Shown here: positions 1-10,132 of the stretch, piece after piece | How positions within the stretch are numbered: the first letter of the stretch is position 1 | Layout: every line of letters begins with the position of its first letter | Origin: Candidatus Altimarinota bacterium | GTDB lineage: Bacteria > Patescibacteriota > Gracilibacteria > UBA1369 | DNA length: 64,000 nt | Assembly: GCA_963677745.1 (NCBI GenBank) | Contig: OY782391.1 | Coordinates: 1,184,001-1,248,000 of the forward strand | Direction of reading: 5' to 3' | Notes under the pieces: generated by a model | What the model saw: the letters and a program-made list of their open reading frames with translations, nothing else | Told to the model about the DNA's origin: nothing | Databases searched by the model: none | Program-made: the position numbers and the translations under genes

Positions 1-668
1 TTTCTGCCATAAATAGTCGGGGGAACTTTCTGCACAGCGTTGGCAGACATCCTGTTCTGAGCCGACAGATTGCTGCCACCATATGTCCCGCTCATATCCT
101 GCACTTTCAGAACAGGCTTAACCGCCGGCACATAGCCGCGTGATACCCGCAGTCTCCTGGACCCGATTAAAAATCCTGCATCCCTTGCTCCCAAATCGGT
201 AAAATGATCAACCTCCTCCATAATTTTGGCGTTGGTTGTTTTTTCAAATGCCATTATTTCCACGCGTACGCCGCGTGACTGGCAAAATCTCACCACTTCC
301 AAAAAGTCCCCGTCTCCCGAACCCAGTACCACTACATCCACTTTTTCTGTCATGCGGATCATATCCACTGCAATTCCCACATCCCAGTCGGCCTTCTTGG
401 CCCCGGTATGGAAAATCTGTAAATCCTTTACACGGGTCTCTATTCCGATATCCAACAGGGCATCAAAGAATTTTTCCTCGGTACCTTCTTCCGACTTGAT
501 CACATAGGCAAAAGCCCGCACCAAACGCCGGCCGTTGACTGCCACCTTCATCAATTCCTCATAATTCACGTTGGCGTGATAATTTGATTTTGCGGAATGA
601 TATAAATTCTGGGTATCTATAAACACTGCCACCCGTTGCTCGGAATGTGCCGCTAAATTAATTTCCAT
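1..668 (-). CDS. NYN domain (LabA/DUF88 family) protein, 3' end truncated by window edge
   Basis: Manual translation from the ATG at 668: RVAVFIDTQNLY...KKADWDVGIAVD...LGSGDGDF...GVRVEIMAF, the LabA/NYN motifs. Absent from the ORF track because the frame runs off the window. Confidence 0.9.
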   Translation of the reverse strand, partial: MEINLAAHSEQRVAVFIDTQNLYHSAKSNYHANVNYEELMKVAVNGRRLVRAFAYVIKSEEGTEEKFFDALLDIGIETRVKDLQIFHTGAKKADWDVGIAVDMIRMTEKVDVVVLGSGDGDFLEVVRFCQSRGVRVEIMAFEKTTNAKIMEEVDHFTDLGARDAGFLIGSRRLRVSRGYVPAVKPVLKVQDMSGTYGGSNLSAQNRMSANAVQKVPPTIYGR

Positions 669-674
669 TTTTGT

Positions 675-1265
675 TTAATTACAGGCTGTGGGACTCCAAA
701 GTCCCTTCTCCTGTATTTTAGCCTGATTCTCCAGATTTACAAACTCTTCCTTGTAGCTGAAGGAATATTCGGGTGTGGCATGGGCAAAACCGTTTTCCAC
801 AAGAAGGCGGTTTACCATCGTTCCGTCAGGCAGATAAATGTATCTGAGCTCCCGTCCATATTTGTCCCTGCTGTCACCTTTCGTATCGGCGACCAGCTTT
901 ACGGTTTTCCCCCCGATCAAATTATTGGTCATGGCACTGGCTTCTTTGCCAAAACATTGGACCTCTTTGCGGGGATCCACGGTTTCAGGAGTATCTATAC
1001 CCAATAATCTCACTTTTACTTCCTCGCCGCCCGTCAAATAAACGAAAGTATCTCCGTCAACCACTCTTGCCACTTGCACAGTGAGGTCGTGATCAGTCAA
1101 GGCGTCCGTGGTCAGATTGTCTGGTGTTACCACCGGCCCGGGAAAAAAGTATTGAGTTCCCAGCAATATCAGAAAAAGCAGCGAAAAGAGCACAAAATCC
1201 CGGTATTTTTTGCGCCACAGAAAGAAAAACAATCTATTTGTTAATTTCAGACTGGAATTTGCCAT
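675..1265 (-). CDS. Thermonuclease (SNase) family protein with N-terminal TM anchor
   Basis: VVDGDT, VRLLGIDTPE, DKYGRELRY, GLWS motifs. Confidence 0.92.
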   Translation of the reverse strand: MANSSLKLTNRLFFFLWRKKYRDFVLFSLLFLILLGTQYFFPGPVVTPDNLTTDALTDHDLTVQVARVVDGDTFVYLTGGEEVKVRLLGIDTPETVDPRKEVQCFGKEASAMTNNLIGGKTVKLVADTKGDSRDKYGRELRYIYLPDGTMVNRLLVENGFAHATPEYSFSYKEEFVNLENQAKIQEKGLWSPTACN

Positions 1266-1611
1266 AATTATCGCTAAATAGAATTTTTCTGATTTCCGGT
1301 TTCATCATATCCGGATTCCAGGGCGGTTCCCAGACAATTTCCACTTTCACCTTCCTGATGCCTTTTTGGGACATTAATATTTTTTCGATTTCTCCGCTGA
1401 TTTGCGGTCCCAGCGGACAGCCCATTGAAGTGAGAGTGATGGTGACCGATAACCTGCCGGGTGTTTTTTCAGTCACTTTATAAATCAAACCAAGATCAAC
1501 CACCCCCACTCCCAGTTCCGGGTCCAAAACGCGGTTGATTATCCGAAAATATTTTTTCTCGGCAGTCTTAGCCGCCTTGGCCGGCCTTTTTTTCAATTGT
1601 TTTTTGATCAT
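1234..1611 (-). CDS. sufT: Metal-sulfur cluster assembly factor (SufT/DUF59)
   Basis: DPELGVGVVDLGLIY, TLTSMGCP, VWEPPW motifs; follows sufSU. Confidence 0.9.
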   Translation of the reverse strand: MIKKQLKKRPAKAAKTAEKKYFRIINRVLDPELGVGVVDLGLIYKVTEKTPGRLSVTITLTSMGCPLGPQISGEIEKILMSQKGIRKVKVEIVWEPPWNPDMMKPEIRKILFSDNYGKFQSEINK

Positions 1612-1978
1612 GCTGATGAATTGTTGCCGCCTTCTTGATACAACTGAACCCCAGCAGTGCGCATTTGATCCTGCCCGGGGAAATGGGAATTCCCAATAAT
1701 TTTAAAACTTTATCATTATCCAGTTTTAAAAACTTACTTAATTTCATGCCCAGTATTTTTTCACCCAGCAGTGAAGCGGAGGCCACGCTGATGGCGCACC
1801 CTTCTCCCTGAAATCCAAATTTTTTAATCACTCCCTGCGGATCCACTTTCAGCATGACTTTTATTTTATCCCCGCACAGGGGATTGAGGTCTTCAGCCTC
1901 CAGATCCGGATTTTTTAATAACACTGCCTGCCGGGGATTTTTAAAGTGATCCAGAATGATTTCTCCGTAAATATCCAT
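1568..1978 (-). CDS. sufU: SufU/IscU-type Fe-S scaffold or sulfur-transfer protein
   Basis: ILDHFKNPR, NPLCGD, GCAISVASAS, RIKCA. Confidence 0.9.
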   Translation of the reverse strand: MDIYGEIILDHFKNPRQAVLLKNPDLEAEDLNPLCGDKIKVMLKVDPQGVIKKFGFQGEGCAISVASASLLGEKILGMKLSKFLKLDNDKVLKLLGIPISPGRIKCALLGFSCIKKAATIHQHDQKTIEKKAGQGG

Positions 1979-3180
1979 TATTTAAATATTTTTATTGCTT
2001 TGAGAATTCCCGATTGTAATCTGTCTAAATCTTCACGGTTGTTATAAATACTGAAGCTGGCCCTGGTCAAAGCAGTTTTTCCGAAACGTTGCAGCAGTGG
2101 TTTGGCGCAATGGTGCCCTGCCCTCAGACAAATATTTTCCTGGGCCAGAATTGAGGCCAGATCATGCGGATGTACGCCTTTTACGTCGAAGGACACGATG
2201 CTGGTCTGAAAATCATCACCGTCCGGTCCGAACAGTTTTACTTCCGGAATTTTTGACAATAAGCGGCGACAATCAATTGCCAGCTTTTTTTCATAGGCGG
2301 CTATATTTTTCATTCCGATCTCAGTCACGAATTTAAGGGCCTCGGCTAAACCTGCTACTCCCGCCACATTGGGTGTCCCGGCTTCAAATTTGGCGGGAGA
2401 CTCCTGCCAGTGATCCGGCAATTCGGCAATCATGCCGCCCCCCGTCAGCAGCGGGGGCATCCGTTCAGCCAGATAATCGCTTAGATAAAGCACTCCGGTG
2501 CCCATCGGAGCAAAAAGCTTATGTCCCGTGAAAAAGGCGGCGTCAACGCCCAGTTTACCAAAATCGGTGGCTTCATGCGCGATTCCCTGGGATGAATCGA
2601 GTATCACCAGTGCCCCTTTTTTGTGTGCCAGTTCTATAATTGCCGGCAGGTCGGGTTTAATTCCCAGTACATTGGATAACTGTGTTACCGCCACCACCCG
2701 GGTTTTACGGTCTGTCATTTTGGCTAGAGCTTTCATATCCAGTGTACCGTTCTTGGCTGAAACCGGAACCACACGGAAATCCAGCCCTTTGCGTCTGGCC
2801 ATTTCCTGCCAGGGCAGATAATTGGCATGATGTTCCAGTTCGGTTACCACCACATTATCGCCCGCTTTCACCAGACTCTCTCCTATGCCAAAAGCCAGCA
2901 TATTGGCCGCTTCTGTGGCATTTTTGGTGAAAATGATATTACCGGTAGGCACTCCGGTGAATTCTGCTACCACTTGTCTTGAGTCTTCATATATTTGATC
3001 GGCCCGTTCCGCCAGTTCATATATTCCCCGTTGAACATTGGCATTGCTGCGTTCATAAAAATCCCGCTCGGCCTTCAGAACCCGGGCCGGTTTTTGTGTG
3101 GTCGAGGCATTGTCCAGATAAACCAGCTTCGGGTATCTGGCAAAGATCGGAAATTGTCTTTTTAATTCAGTCCAATTCAC
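1978..3180 (-). CDS. sufS: SufS family cysteine desulfurase
   Basis: YLDNASTTQKP, EHHAN, TGHKL (PLP Lys), RAGHHCA. Confidence 0.95.
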   Translation of the reverse strand: MNWTELKRQFPIFARYPKLVYLDNASTTQKPARVLKAERDFYERSNANVQRGIYELAERADQIYEDSRQVVAEFTGVPTGNIIFTKNATEAANMLAFGIGESLVKAGDNVVVTELEHHANYLPWQEMARRKGLDFRVVPVSAKNGTLDMKALAKMTDRKTRVVAVTQLSNVLGIKPDLPAIIELAHKKGALVILDSSQGIAHEATDFGKLGVDAAFFTGHKLFAPMGTGVLYLSDYLAERMPPLLTGGGMIAELPDHWQESPAKFEAGTPNVAGVAGLAEALKFVTEIGMKNIAAYEKKLAIDCRRLLSKIPEVKLFGPDGDDFQTSIVSFDVKGVHPHDLASILAQENICLRAGHHCAKPLLQRFGKTALTRASFSIYNNREDLDRLQSGILKAIKIFK

Positions 3181-3252
3181 TATAAAAAAGCTAAGTTATT
3201 CCCAGTTATTTAAACATACTCCGGGGAATTCGCCTAGTGATGTGCAATTGCT

Positions 3253-4083
3253 TTAATTTTTTTCCCCGATCAGCCAGGAAATTAGAACGCTGAAATCAGG
3301 AGACCGCTTTAACAGGCGTTTAATGGCAAAAAACCGTTCAAGATTTTCAGTTTTGATCACCTTTTCAAGTTTCTGACAGGCCTTCCAGACAGCTTGAGAC
3401 AAGTCATTCCTGATTCTCTGAGTTGCCACCAGCTGTTCTGTGCCGAGTAATACGGGTACATTGAGTTGATCCAGCGTTGATTCTATCATCCAGTCGATTT
3501 CCGTCTGCCGGAGGCCTTCAGTCGCTTCGGTCTCCATAGTTGCCCCGGCTAACAGCAGTTGCCTGTCGGCTACGGTCAAACGTCTGAGCAGATCTGCCGG
3601 TACGCGATTGCGGGTTTTAATAATCATTTCGGCCAACAGATAAGGTAATTTACCTTTTAGTATTGCCTTACAGTCTAATCCCAACGCGTGTTGGGCAAAC
3701 AAGGTAGTGGAGCGCAGCACGGCTGTTTGACTTTGCAGATAACTTTCCAGAACCGGTTCACGGTCGGACTGTAAAAGGATTAAGCCGTCCGCTTCAATTT
3801 CGGTATTATTTAACTGCTCATAAAAAGTGGCAACCGGAGAACTTGGCTGTTCATCTTCCGGAGGTAAAACTGATGCGGTCAGGGCAGGTAATAAATTCCG
3901 GAAAATCTCTCGCTCAGCAGGATCAAAATGATTGAAATCAACACTTCTCAGATATCCATTGACCTGGGCGTAATTAAGACCAGGGGCCCATTGCAAAACC
4001 AGACTGGTCAGACCCGGATATAGTCTGTCCAGAACATCCTGTTGTTCCTGTAGAGTAGGAGGTTGGGAATTTTCAGTAAGCAT
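3253..4083 (-). CDS. Hypothetical protein
   Basis: 276-aa ORF co-oriented inside the suf cluster; no recognisable motif. Confidence 0.65.
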   Translation of the reverse strand: MLTENSQPPTLQEQQDVLDRLYPGLTSLVLQWAPGLNYAQVNGYLRSVDFNHFDPAEREIFRNLLPALTASVLPPEDEQPSSPVATFYEQLNNTEIEADGLILLQSDREPVLESYLQSQTAVLRSTTLFAQHALGLDCKAILKGKLPYLLAEMIIKTRNRVPADLLRRLTVADRQLLLAGATMETEATEGLRQTEIDWMIESTLDQLNVPVLLGTEQLVATQRIRNDLSQAVWKACQKLEKVIKTENLERFFAIKRLLKRSPDFSVLISWLIGEKN

Positions 4084-4158
4084 AATTAAAAAAACAGTGG
4101 ATGCGAATATATAACAACCGCTTCGTCTTGTAAAGCACGTCTTCAGCTGACCGGAATT

Positions 4159-4968
4159 TTATTCCTGCAGATACACCAGGCCGGCATACCCGACTACCGA
4201 ATCCGGATCGTCGCCGCCATCGGCGGAAGTACTGTAGCCGGTAAATACCGGCAGCCAATGATTGGCAATGGCCAATTCATTGAGAATCGTTATGGCGCGC
4301 AGAGTCGAGGCTTGTCCCTCACGCATGATGACAACGGGATCTTTGGCCTGGATGGCATTAATGGTGGTCTGGTCTGTCTTACGGGCCAGTTCTTCATTGT
4401 GAAAGTGTGAGAAATTGGTGCTTACCACAATTAAAGTCTTTTCATCCAGAATGCTTTGCAGCATTTTGACGGTTTCCATTAAATTGATTTTGTTTCCCAC
4501 AATCAGCGGTACCAGTTCAAATTCCTTCAGGAAATATTGCAGATAGGGCAATTGCATTTCCACCGAATACTCCTTGGCAAAAGCATTTTGATAAACATGG
4601 AAGTTGAAATTGGTTTTCAGTCTTTCCACCGACAGCTGATCGATTGGAATCTGTCCCAAAGGTGTTTCAAAATAATCAAAATCAGGCAGGGCGATTCCGT
4701 TAAAACTAAAAAAATGTGATGACCCCAGTACAATTACTTTCTGATATTTACGGGCCTGCAGTTTTTGGTAGGCGGACAGAGTGGTCAGTGAACAGTAGCT
4801 GTAACCGCCGGAGGGAACGATCATCGCCGGTAAAAATATTTCGCTGAAATCCGGGCCCAGCATGGCTGCTTTGGCCAGATCTACATCAACCAGATTCTTA
4901 AACTCCACCGGATCCGATGAATAAAACAATCCGGCGTATTCGGCTTTTTTGACTCTAGTTTCGTCCAT
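4159..4968 (-). CDS. MEMO1/AmmeMemoRadiSam protein B-like protein with degenerate metal ligands
   Basis: AGLFYS, GYSYC, GSSHF, FETPLG, EMQLPYLQ, STNFSHF, SVVGYAG family motifs. Confidence 0.85.
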   Translation of the reverse strand: MDETRVKKAEYAGLFYSSDPVEFKNLVDVDLAKAAMLGPDFSEIFLPAMIVPSGGYSYCSLTTLSAYQKLQARKYQKVIVLGSSHFFSFNGIALPDFDYFETPLGQIPIDQLSVERLKTNFNFHVYQNAFAKEYSVEMQLPYLQYFLKEFELVPLIVGNKINLMETVKMLQSILDEKTLIVVSTNFSHFHNEELARKTDQTTINAIQAKDPVVIMREGQASTLRAITILNELAIANHWLPVFTGYSTSADGGDDPDSVVGYAGLVYLQE

Positions 4969-5011
4969 TATTCATATATAAATTATATAATTATACCATG
5001 AATAACCGTTT

Positions 5012-5668
5012 TCAGGCCATCGATAATAATCCCATCAACTGGCTGAGCAGCTGTGATTCTAAAACACTTTCGCGGTTGTTTTCTGAAAAAGAGGAAAAGG
5101 TCTTCAGAGCCTCGCGCAATTGGGACTCTACCAGCAGTTTTTTTGCATTTTGCAGTGAAAACCCGCGGGTCTGCAGATAAAAAAGTTTTTCCTCATCCGG
5201 TTGGCCGGCCGAGGCAGCGTGGCCTGCCTTCACATCATTGGCGACAATTTCCAGACAGGGGATGGTGCGGGATTTGGCATCCGGGGAAAGTAACAGTGAG
5301 TCGCAGCGCAAAAAGGTCTCACTTTGCTGTGACTGTCCGGGCACTTTCAGGTTTCCCCTGAAATCCAGCGAACTGTGATCGTAAAGCAGGGCTTTGAAGA
5401 CAGCATTACAACGCGTGCGCGGGGCCAGATGATGTACTTCCAGATCCAGTTGCAGATGTTCCTGCAATTGACCAAAACAGACTATCAGAATTTCCAGGGA
5501 ACTTTCCGGTACGGTCAGATTTAACCGATGCTTTACCGGTGATGCGGACGGACGGTCATACAAAAGCAATAACCGGCCGCAATCCGGCCAGTCAATATCC
5601 ATGTTCAGGGAGGACTGGTTTACCAGACACTGTACTGCTCCTGATTTTAGGAATGTTTTTTCGAACAT
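5012..5668 (-). CDS. sufD: SufD family Fe-S assembly protein (short)
   Basis: PCLEIVANDVKAGHAASAG, LFYLQTRG; directly after sufB. Confidence 0.88.
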   Translation of the reverse strand: MFEKTFLKSGAVQCLVNQSSLNMDIDWPDCGRLLLLYDRPSASPVKHRLNLTVPESSLEILIVCFGQLQEHLQLDLEVHHLAPRTRCNAVFKALLYDHSSLDFRGNLKVPGQSQQSETFLRCDSLLLSPDAKSRTIPCLEIVANDVKAGHAASAGQPDEEKLFYLQTRGFSLQNAKKLLVESQLREALKTFSSFSENNRESVLESQLLSQLMGLLSMA

Positions 5669-5676
5669 AGTATTAT

Positions 5677-7104
5677 TTATCCAACAGCACCTTCCATCTC
5701 CATCTGTACCAGACGGTTCATTTCCAAAGCATATTCCATGGGCAAAGTATTGACGATCGGGTCGATGAAACCGTTAACAATCATGGCCGCCGACTCGGCT
5801 TCTTTGAACCCTCTCGACATCAGATAAAACAATTGATCCTCCGAAATTTTACTGACAGTCGCTTCATGCGCCACCGCCGCGCTGCTCTCCTGTACGTCCA
5901 TGGTCGGATAGGTATTGGAACGGGAAAAATCATCCAGCAACAGCGCGTCACAAACGGTCCGGGATTTAACGCCGGTGGCGCCGGGCAAAACCCGCAGCAA
6001 ACCCCGATAAGTGGAACGTCCGCCATCCCTGGACAGGGATTTTGAAGTGACTGTGGAGCTGGTATCGGGCGCGGCGTGGATGATACGCGTGCCGGCGTCC
6101 TGATGCTGACCCTTGCCGGCAAAAGCCACCGACAGTACTTCAGCCCTGGCGCCGCGCCCGGCCAGAATCACTGCCGGATACTTCATGGTTGCCCGTGAGC
6201 CCAGGTTGCAGTCCAGCCAGAACATCGTGGCGTTTTCTTCGGCGCGCGCGCGTTTGGTTACCAGATTGTAAACATTATTCGACCAGTTTTGGATGGTCGA
6301 ATACTGCACGCGCGCGCCCTTTCTGCAAACTATCTCCACCACCGCCGAATGCAGTGAACTGGAGGAATAGGTCGGGGCGGTGCAGCCCTCCACATAATGC
6401 ACCGAACTGCCTTCGTCAGCGATGATCAGAGTTCTTTCAAACTGTCCCATGAATTCGGCATTGATGCGGAAATAGGCCTGCAGAGGCAATTCCACGTGAA
6501 CACCTTTTGGTATGTAAATAAAACTTCCGCCACTCCAGACCGCAGCGTTCAAAGCGGCAAATTTATTGTCACGCACCGAAACCACTTTACCAAAATATTC
6601 CCGGAACAAATCGGGATACTTTTGCAGCGCGGCATCTGTTCCTTCAAAAATTACGCCTTTTTTGGTCAGGGCTTCCTGCATGTTGTGATAAACCATTTCC
6701 GATTCAAATTGTGCTCCCACTCCTGCCAGATAAGCCCGCTCGGCCTGGGGTATTCCCAGCCGGTCAAAGGTTTTTTTGATTTCGGCAGGTACTTCTTCCC
6801 AGCTGCGCCGCGGCCTGTCCGAAGGCTTCAGATAATAATGAATTTTATCAAAATCAATTCCGCTCAGGTCCGGTCCGAAAGACGGCAGGGGCAGTTCCCG
6901 AAAAATCTGCAAGGCTTTCAGACGGAGCGTAAGCATCCAGGCCGGCTCATTTTTTTGTCTGGAAATTTCCCGTACCAGTTCCTCCGAAAGTCCTCTGGCA
7001 GCCTTGAAGGCCGGTTTGGATTTGGTTTTGAAACCATATTTATAATCACTCAGCTGTCTGGCCAAATCACCGGTTTTTCCGTGTTTTTTGCCGCTGTTTT
7101 TCAT
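5677..7104 (-). CDS. sufB: Fe-S cluster assembly protein SufB
   Basis: [35 protein letters not shown]. Confidence 0.97.
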   Translation of the reverse strand: MKNSGKKHGKTGDLARQLSDYKYGFKTKSKPAFKAARGLSEELVREISRQKNEPAWMLTLRLKALQIFRELPLPSFGPDLSGIDFDKIHYYLKPSDRPRRSWEEVPAEIKKTFDRLGIPQAERAYLAGVGAQFESEMVYHNMQEALTKKGVIFEGTDAALQKYPDLFREYFGKVVSVRDNKFAALNAAVWSGGSFIYIPKGVHVELPLQAYFRINAEFMGQFERTLIIADEGSSVHYVEGCTAPTYSSSSLHSAVVEIVCRKGARVQYSTIQNWSNNVYNLVTKRARAEENATMFWLDCNLGSRATMKYPAVILAGRGARAEVLSVAFAGKGQHQDAGTRIIHAAPDTSSTVTSKSLSRDGGRSTYRGLLRVLPGATGVKSRTVCDALLLDDFSRSNTYPTMDVQESSAAVAHEATVSKISEDQLFYLMSRGFKEAESAAMIVNGFIDPIVNTLPMEYALEMNRLVQMEMEGAVG

Positions 7105-7844
7105 TGTTTAAACTGTTGGTAGCCCTTTTTTTCCAGTTTCCTTACCAGTTCTTTTCCGCCGCTGGCCACAATCCGTCCGTCCATCATCACATGCACCCGG
7201 TCCGCCGTCAGATAATGCAGGAGCCGTTGATAATGTGTGATGACTATCAGTCCCATCCTGCTGGCTTTTTTGATTTTGGAGATGGCTTTAGCAGTATTTT
7301 TCAGGGAGTCGATATCCAGTCCGGAATCCACCTCATCCAGTATCGCCAGGTCCGGCTGTAAAACTGCCATTTGCGCGATTTCAGCCCGTTTTTTTTCTCC
7401 GCCGGAAAACCCTTCATTTACGCCGCGGCTGATAAAACTTTCCTCCAGGGCAACTGTCTTCAGTAACTTTTTGGCCACCGGAAAATATTCCGCCACACCG
7501 TATTGTTTTTCCTTTCCCTTTTTCATTCTCAGATTGGACGCTTGTCTCAAAAAATTGCCAAAAGTTATCCCGCCCACTTCACGGGGGTATTGAAAACCCA
7601 GAAAAATTCCCATTCTGGCTCTTTCGTCAGTGGACAATTTGGAAATGTCCTTGCCCTTAAATTTTATACTGCCACCGCTAATCACATAGCGGGGATGACC
7701 CAGCAGCGCATAACAGAGCGTGCTCTTGCCGGAGCCGTTGGGACCCATAATGGCATGGGTTTCACCGGCCTTAACTTCCAGACTGAAACCATCCAGAATT
7801 TTTTTGCCGTCCACTTTTACCTGTAAATTCTTGATCTTTAACAT
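7101..7844 (-). CDS. sufC: Fe-S cluster assembly ATPase SufC
   Basis: [37 protein letters not shown]. Confidence 0.97.
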   Translation of the reverse strand: MLKIKNLQVKVDGKKILDGFSLEVKAGETHAIMGPNGSGKSTLCYALLGHPRYVISGGSIKFKGKDISKLSTDERARMGIFLGFQYPREVGGITFGNFLRQASNLRMKKGKEKQYGVAEYFPVAKKLLKTVALEESFISRGVNEGFSGGEKKRAEIAQMAVLQPDLAILDEVDSGLDIDSLKNTAKAISKIKKASRMGLIVITHYQRLLHYLTADRVHVMMDGRIVASGGKELVRKLEKKGYQQFKQ

Positions 7845-7922
7845 GCCTTGATTATTAAACAGCTCTTAATAAAAAGCCACTTTTCATGATATAATAAATA
7901 GATTTTACCTAAGCGATTGTCA

Positions 7923-9482
7923 ATGGAAGGAAACGACCAGCCAAACAGGGAAAATGATTTGACGCAGGCCGAACAGGCCACACCGGCTCCCCGTGAACAG
8001 CAGCCAACGGGCGGACCGGAGAAAGTAAGCGTCAAAATTGAACGTGGAACGCACAAGGACGCCAAAGACCAGCAAAAGGACAATGTGGAATTATTGCGTG
8101 CACTCAACGGCATTAACGAACAAGACCGCCAGAAAAATATCGAACAGGCCCGCCAGTGGCAGAATCAGGGTAATTTGGATCTGATGCGGGCGGCCGGACT
8201 TTCACTGGAGGAATTGCAGAAAAATCCCCTGGAAAGACATATCCGTTTATGTTCGACCTTTTTGCATAGTGAAAAAAGCACTTCGGGACTGGTTTACCGG
8301 GTTGATTATTCGGGTGTTGAGATGGCGGCCTGGGATCTGGATCTGGCAGACATGTTGCCGCCCAATATACTTTCGGTAGATATTCTCAACGATAAAAACC
8401 AGATTATTTACAAAGGAGCCGTCCGCGGTTTTGACGATGGTCGTCCGGGTTATTTTGATCCTGTCACCAAACAGCGGGTGACTGTGCAGAATGAACAGAA
8501 AATCCGCATCAATGAAACTCAGTCGTCCCTGGCCATCAAAGACAGGGTTTTTGGAGAACAGACCAATCAGCATGCCGTCAAAGAAGAAATGTATTTGGTG
8601 GAGAACGCCCAGAAAACGGTAATCAAAGAAGAAGCAAAAAAACAGGCAGCCAGACAGAATTTGGATCTGCAGACAAACGATAAATCGTTTTTTGATGTAT
8701 TTCTGGCCAATATTACCCAAATTATCAACGGGGAAGGGGCTACCAAAGACGGCAATCCTCTCAAAATCGATTTTAGCGGCGACAAAATACAGACAGAATT
8801 AAAAAAATTGCTGGCCAGTTTTGGATTTTCCAAATTGTTGCCCGATCAAACAAAAACAACTACTCCTTCTGGTACAGGCAAATCACCGGAATCAGTACCG
8901 GAGCCGGCTACAAATCCGGGGTCAGGTCCTGCCAGGACACCTGCGGCCGCCGGACAAAAAAGAGAATCCATCGAAAGTCGCAACGCCCCCAGAATCAATC
9001 AGGAGTGGCTGCTTGCCAATGTCGGCCGCAATAACGCCGAAGTGCAGCGCTGGATGGTTCCGATAACTTTTATGGGCGCAAGAGTGCGCGTCAACAAATT
9101 GATGGCGGCTTATCTGTGTGAGGCGGAAGAACGAATGAGCGCTGCCGGAGTCAAATATGAGGTAAAACAAAATCAGATCAGTTGCCAGAACTGGCGTCCC
9201 ATCAGGGGAGGTACCAGTTTAAGCAATCATTCCTGGGGAACCGCCATTGACATTAACAGTATAGAAAACCCCTGGCAGCCCAATTTACGCGGTAATCCCG
9301 CCAATAAAAATCGCGTCATCACCACTATGCCTCCTGAATTTGTGGCAATCATGGAAGATGTGGGACTCAAGCAGTTGTGGTGGGATCCGATGCATTTTGA
9401 ACTGGTCGTAAATCCCTATAAAAACACCGGCGTACTACGCAGCGAGAAAGCCCGTCAACTGGCTGCCAACTATTTGGCCTGA
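7923..9482 (+). CDS. Protein with C-terminal M15 family (D-Ala-D-Ala/L,D) metallopeptidase domain
   Basis: C-terminal R...SNHSWGTAIDIN...WDPMHFE Zn motif; long uncharacterised N-terminus. ATG at 7923 preferred over TTG at 7917. Confidence 0.8.
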   Translation: MEGNDQPNRENDLTQAEQATPAPREQQPTGGPEKVSVKIERGTHKDAKDQQKDNVELLRALNGINEQDRQKNIEQARQWQNQGNLDLMRAAGLSLEELQKNPLERHIRLCSTFLHSEKSTSGLVYRVDYSGVEMAAWDLDLADMLPPNILSVDILNDKNQIIYKGAVRGFDDGRPGYFDPVTKQRVTVQNEQKIRINETQSSLAIKDRVFGEQTNQHAVKEEMYLVENAQKTVIKEEAKKQAARQNLDLQTNDKSFFDVFLANITQIINGEGATKDGNPLKIDFSGDKIQTELKKLLASFGFSKLLPDQTKTTTPSGTGKSPESVPEPATNPGSGPARTPAAAGQKRESIESRNAPRINQEWLLANVGRNNAEVQRWMVPITFMGARVRVNKLMAAYLCEAEERMSAAGVKYEVKQNQISCQNWRPIRGGTSLSNHSWGTAIDINSIENPWQPNLRGNPANKNRVITTMPPEFVAIMEDVGLKQLWWDPMHFELVVNPYKNTGVLRSEKARQLAANYLA

Positions 9483-9486
9483 AATA

Positions 9487-10113
9487 TCAATCCATTCTGA
9501 TTACAACCTCTTCCAGTGGAAATCTGACTTTTGCCGGCGCAGTCATCTTTCTGTAGCCGAGTGGAACAATCAGTGCCGGATGTAAATTGGCAGGTAGATC
9601 CAGGATTTTATGTATCTGTTCCGGTTCAAATCCTTCCATCGGACAGGAATCAATCCCTTTCTCGGCGGCCGCCAGGATCAGTGTTTCGGATGCGATATAA
9701 AGTTGTTTATTCAGCCAGGTGACAACTTCTTCCGGAGTTTGGTCTTCCTGCATTTCCGCGACCATTTTCCGATAAGATTCTTCCTGTTGAGGTAGCGTCT
9801 TCAAAATTTGTGTAAATTTCTTAATATGCCTTTCAATTACACCATTCTCTCCTTCCAGGTTGGAGTCTGCGCAGAATACTACCAGTACGGAGGCTTCAGC
9901 GATTTGGGGCTGATTATAACAGGCAGCCTGCAATTCTTTCTTGCTCTCGGCATTTTCCACAACCAGAAATTTCCAGGCCTGCAGTCCGCATGAACTGGGT
10001 GACATTCGCGTGGTATCCAACAAGTCATTTAAGTCGGATTCGCTGATTTTTTTGTCAGTATCAAAATGTTTGCAGGCAAACCTCCACTGCATAAGCTCTT
10101 TAATCGTTGCCAT
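9487..10113 (-). CDS. Nitroreductase family NAD(P)H-dependent oxidoreductase
   Basis: WRFACKHFD, SPSSCGLQAW, GIDSCPMEGF, LGYR. Confidence 0.92.
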   Translation of the reverse strand: MATIKELMQWRFACKHFDTDKKISESDLNDLLDTTRMSPSSCGLQAWKFLVVENAESKKELQAACYNQPQIAEASVLVVFCADSNLEGENGVIERHIKKFTQILKTLPQQEESYRKMVAEMQEDQTPEEVVTWLNKQLYIASETLILAAAEKGIDSCPMEGFEPEQIHKILDLPANLHPALIVPLGYRKMTAPAKVRFPLEEVVIRMD

Positions 10114-10132
10114 AAAATGCGGATTTGAGAGA

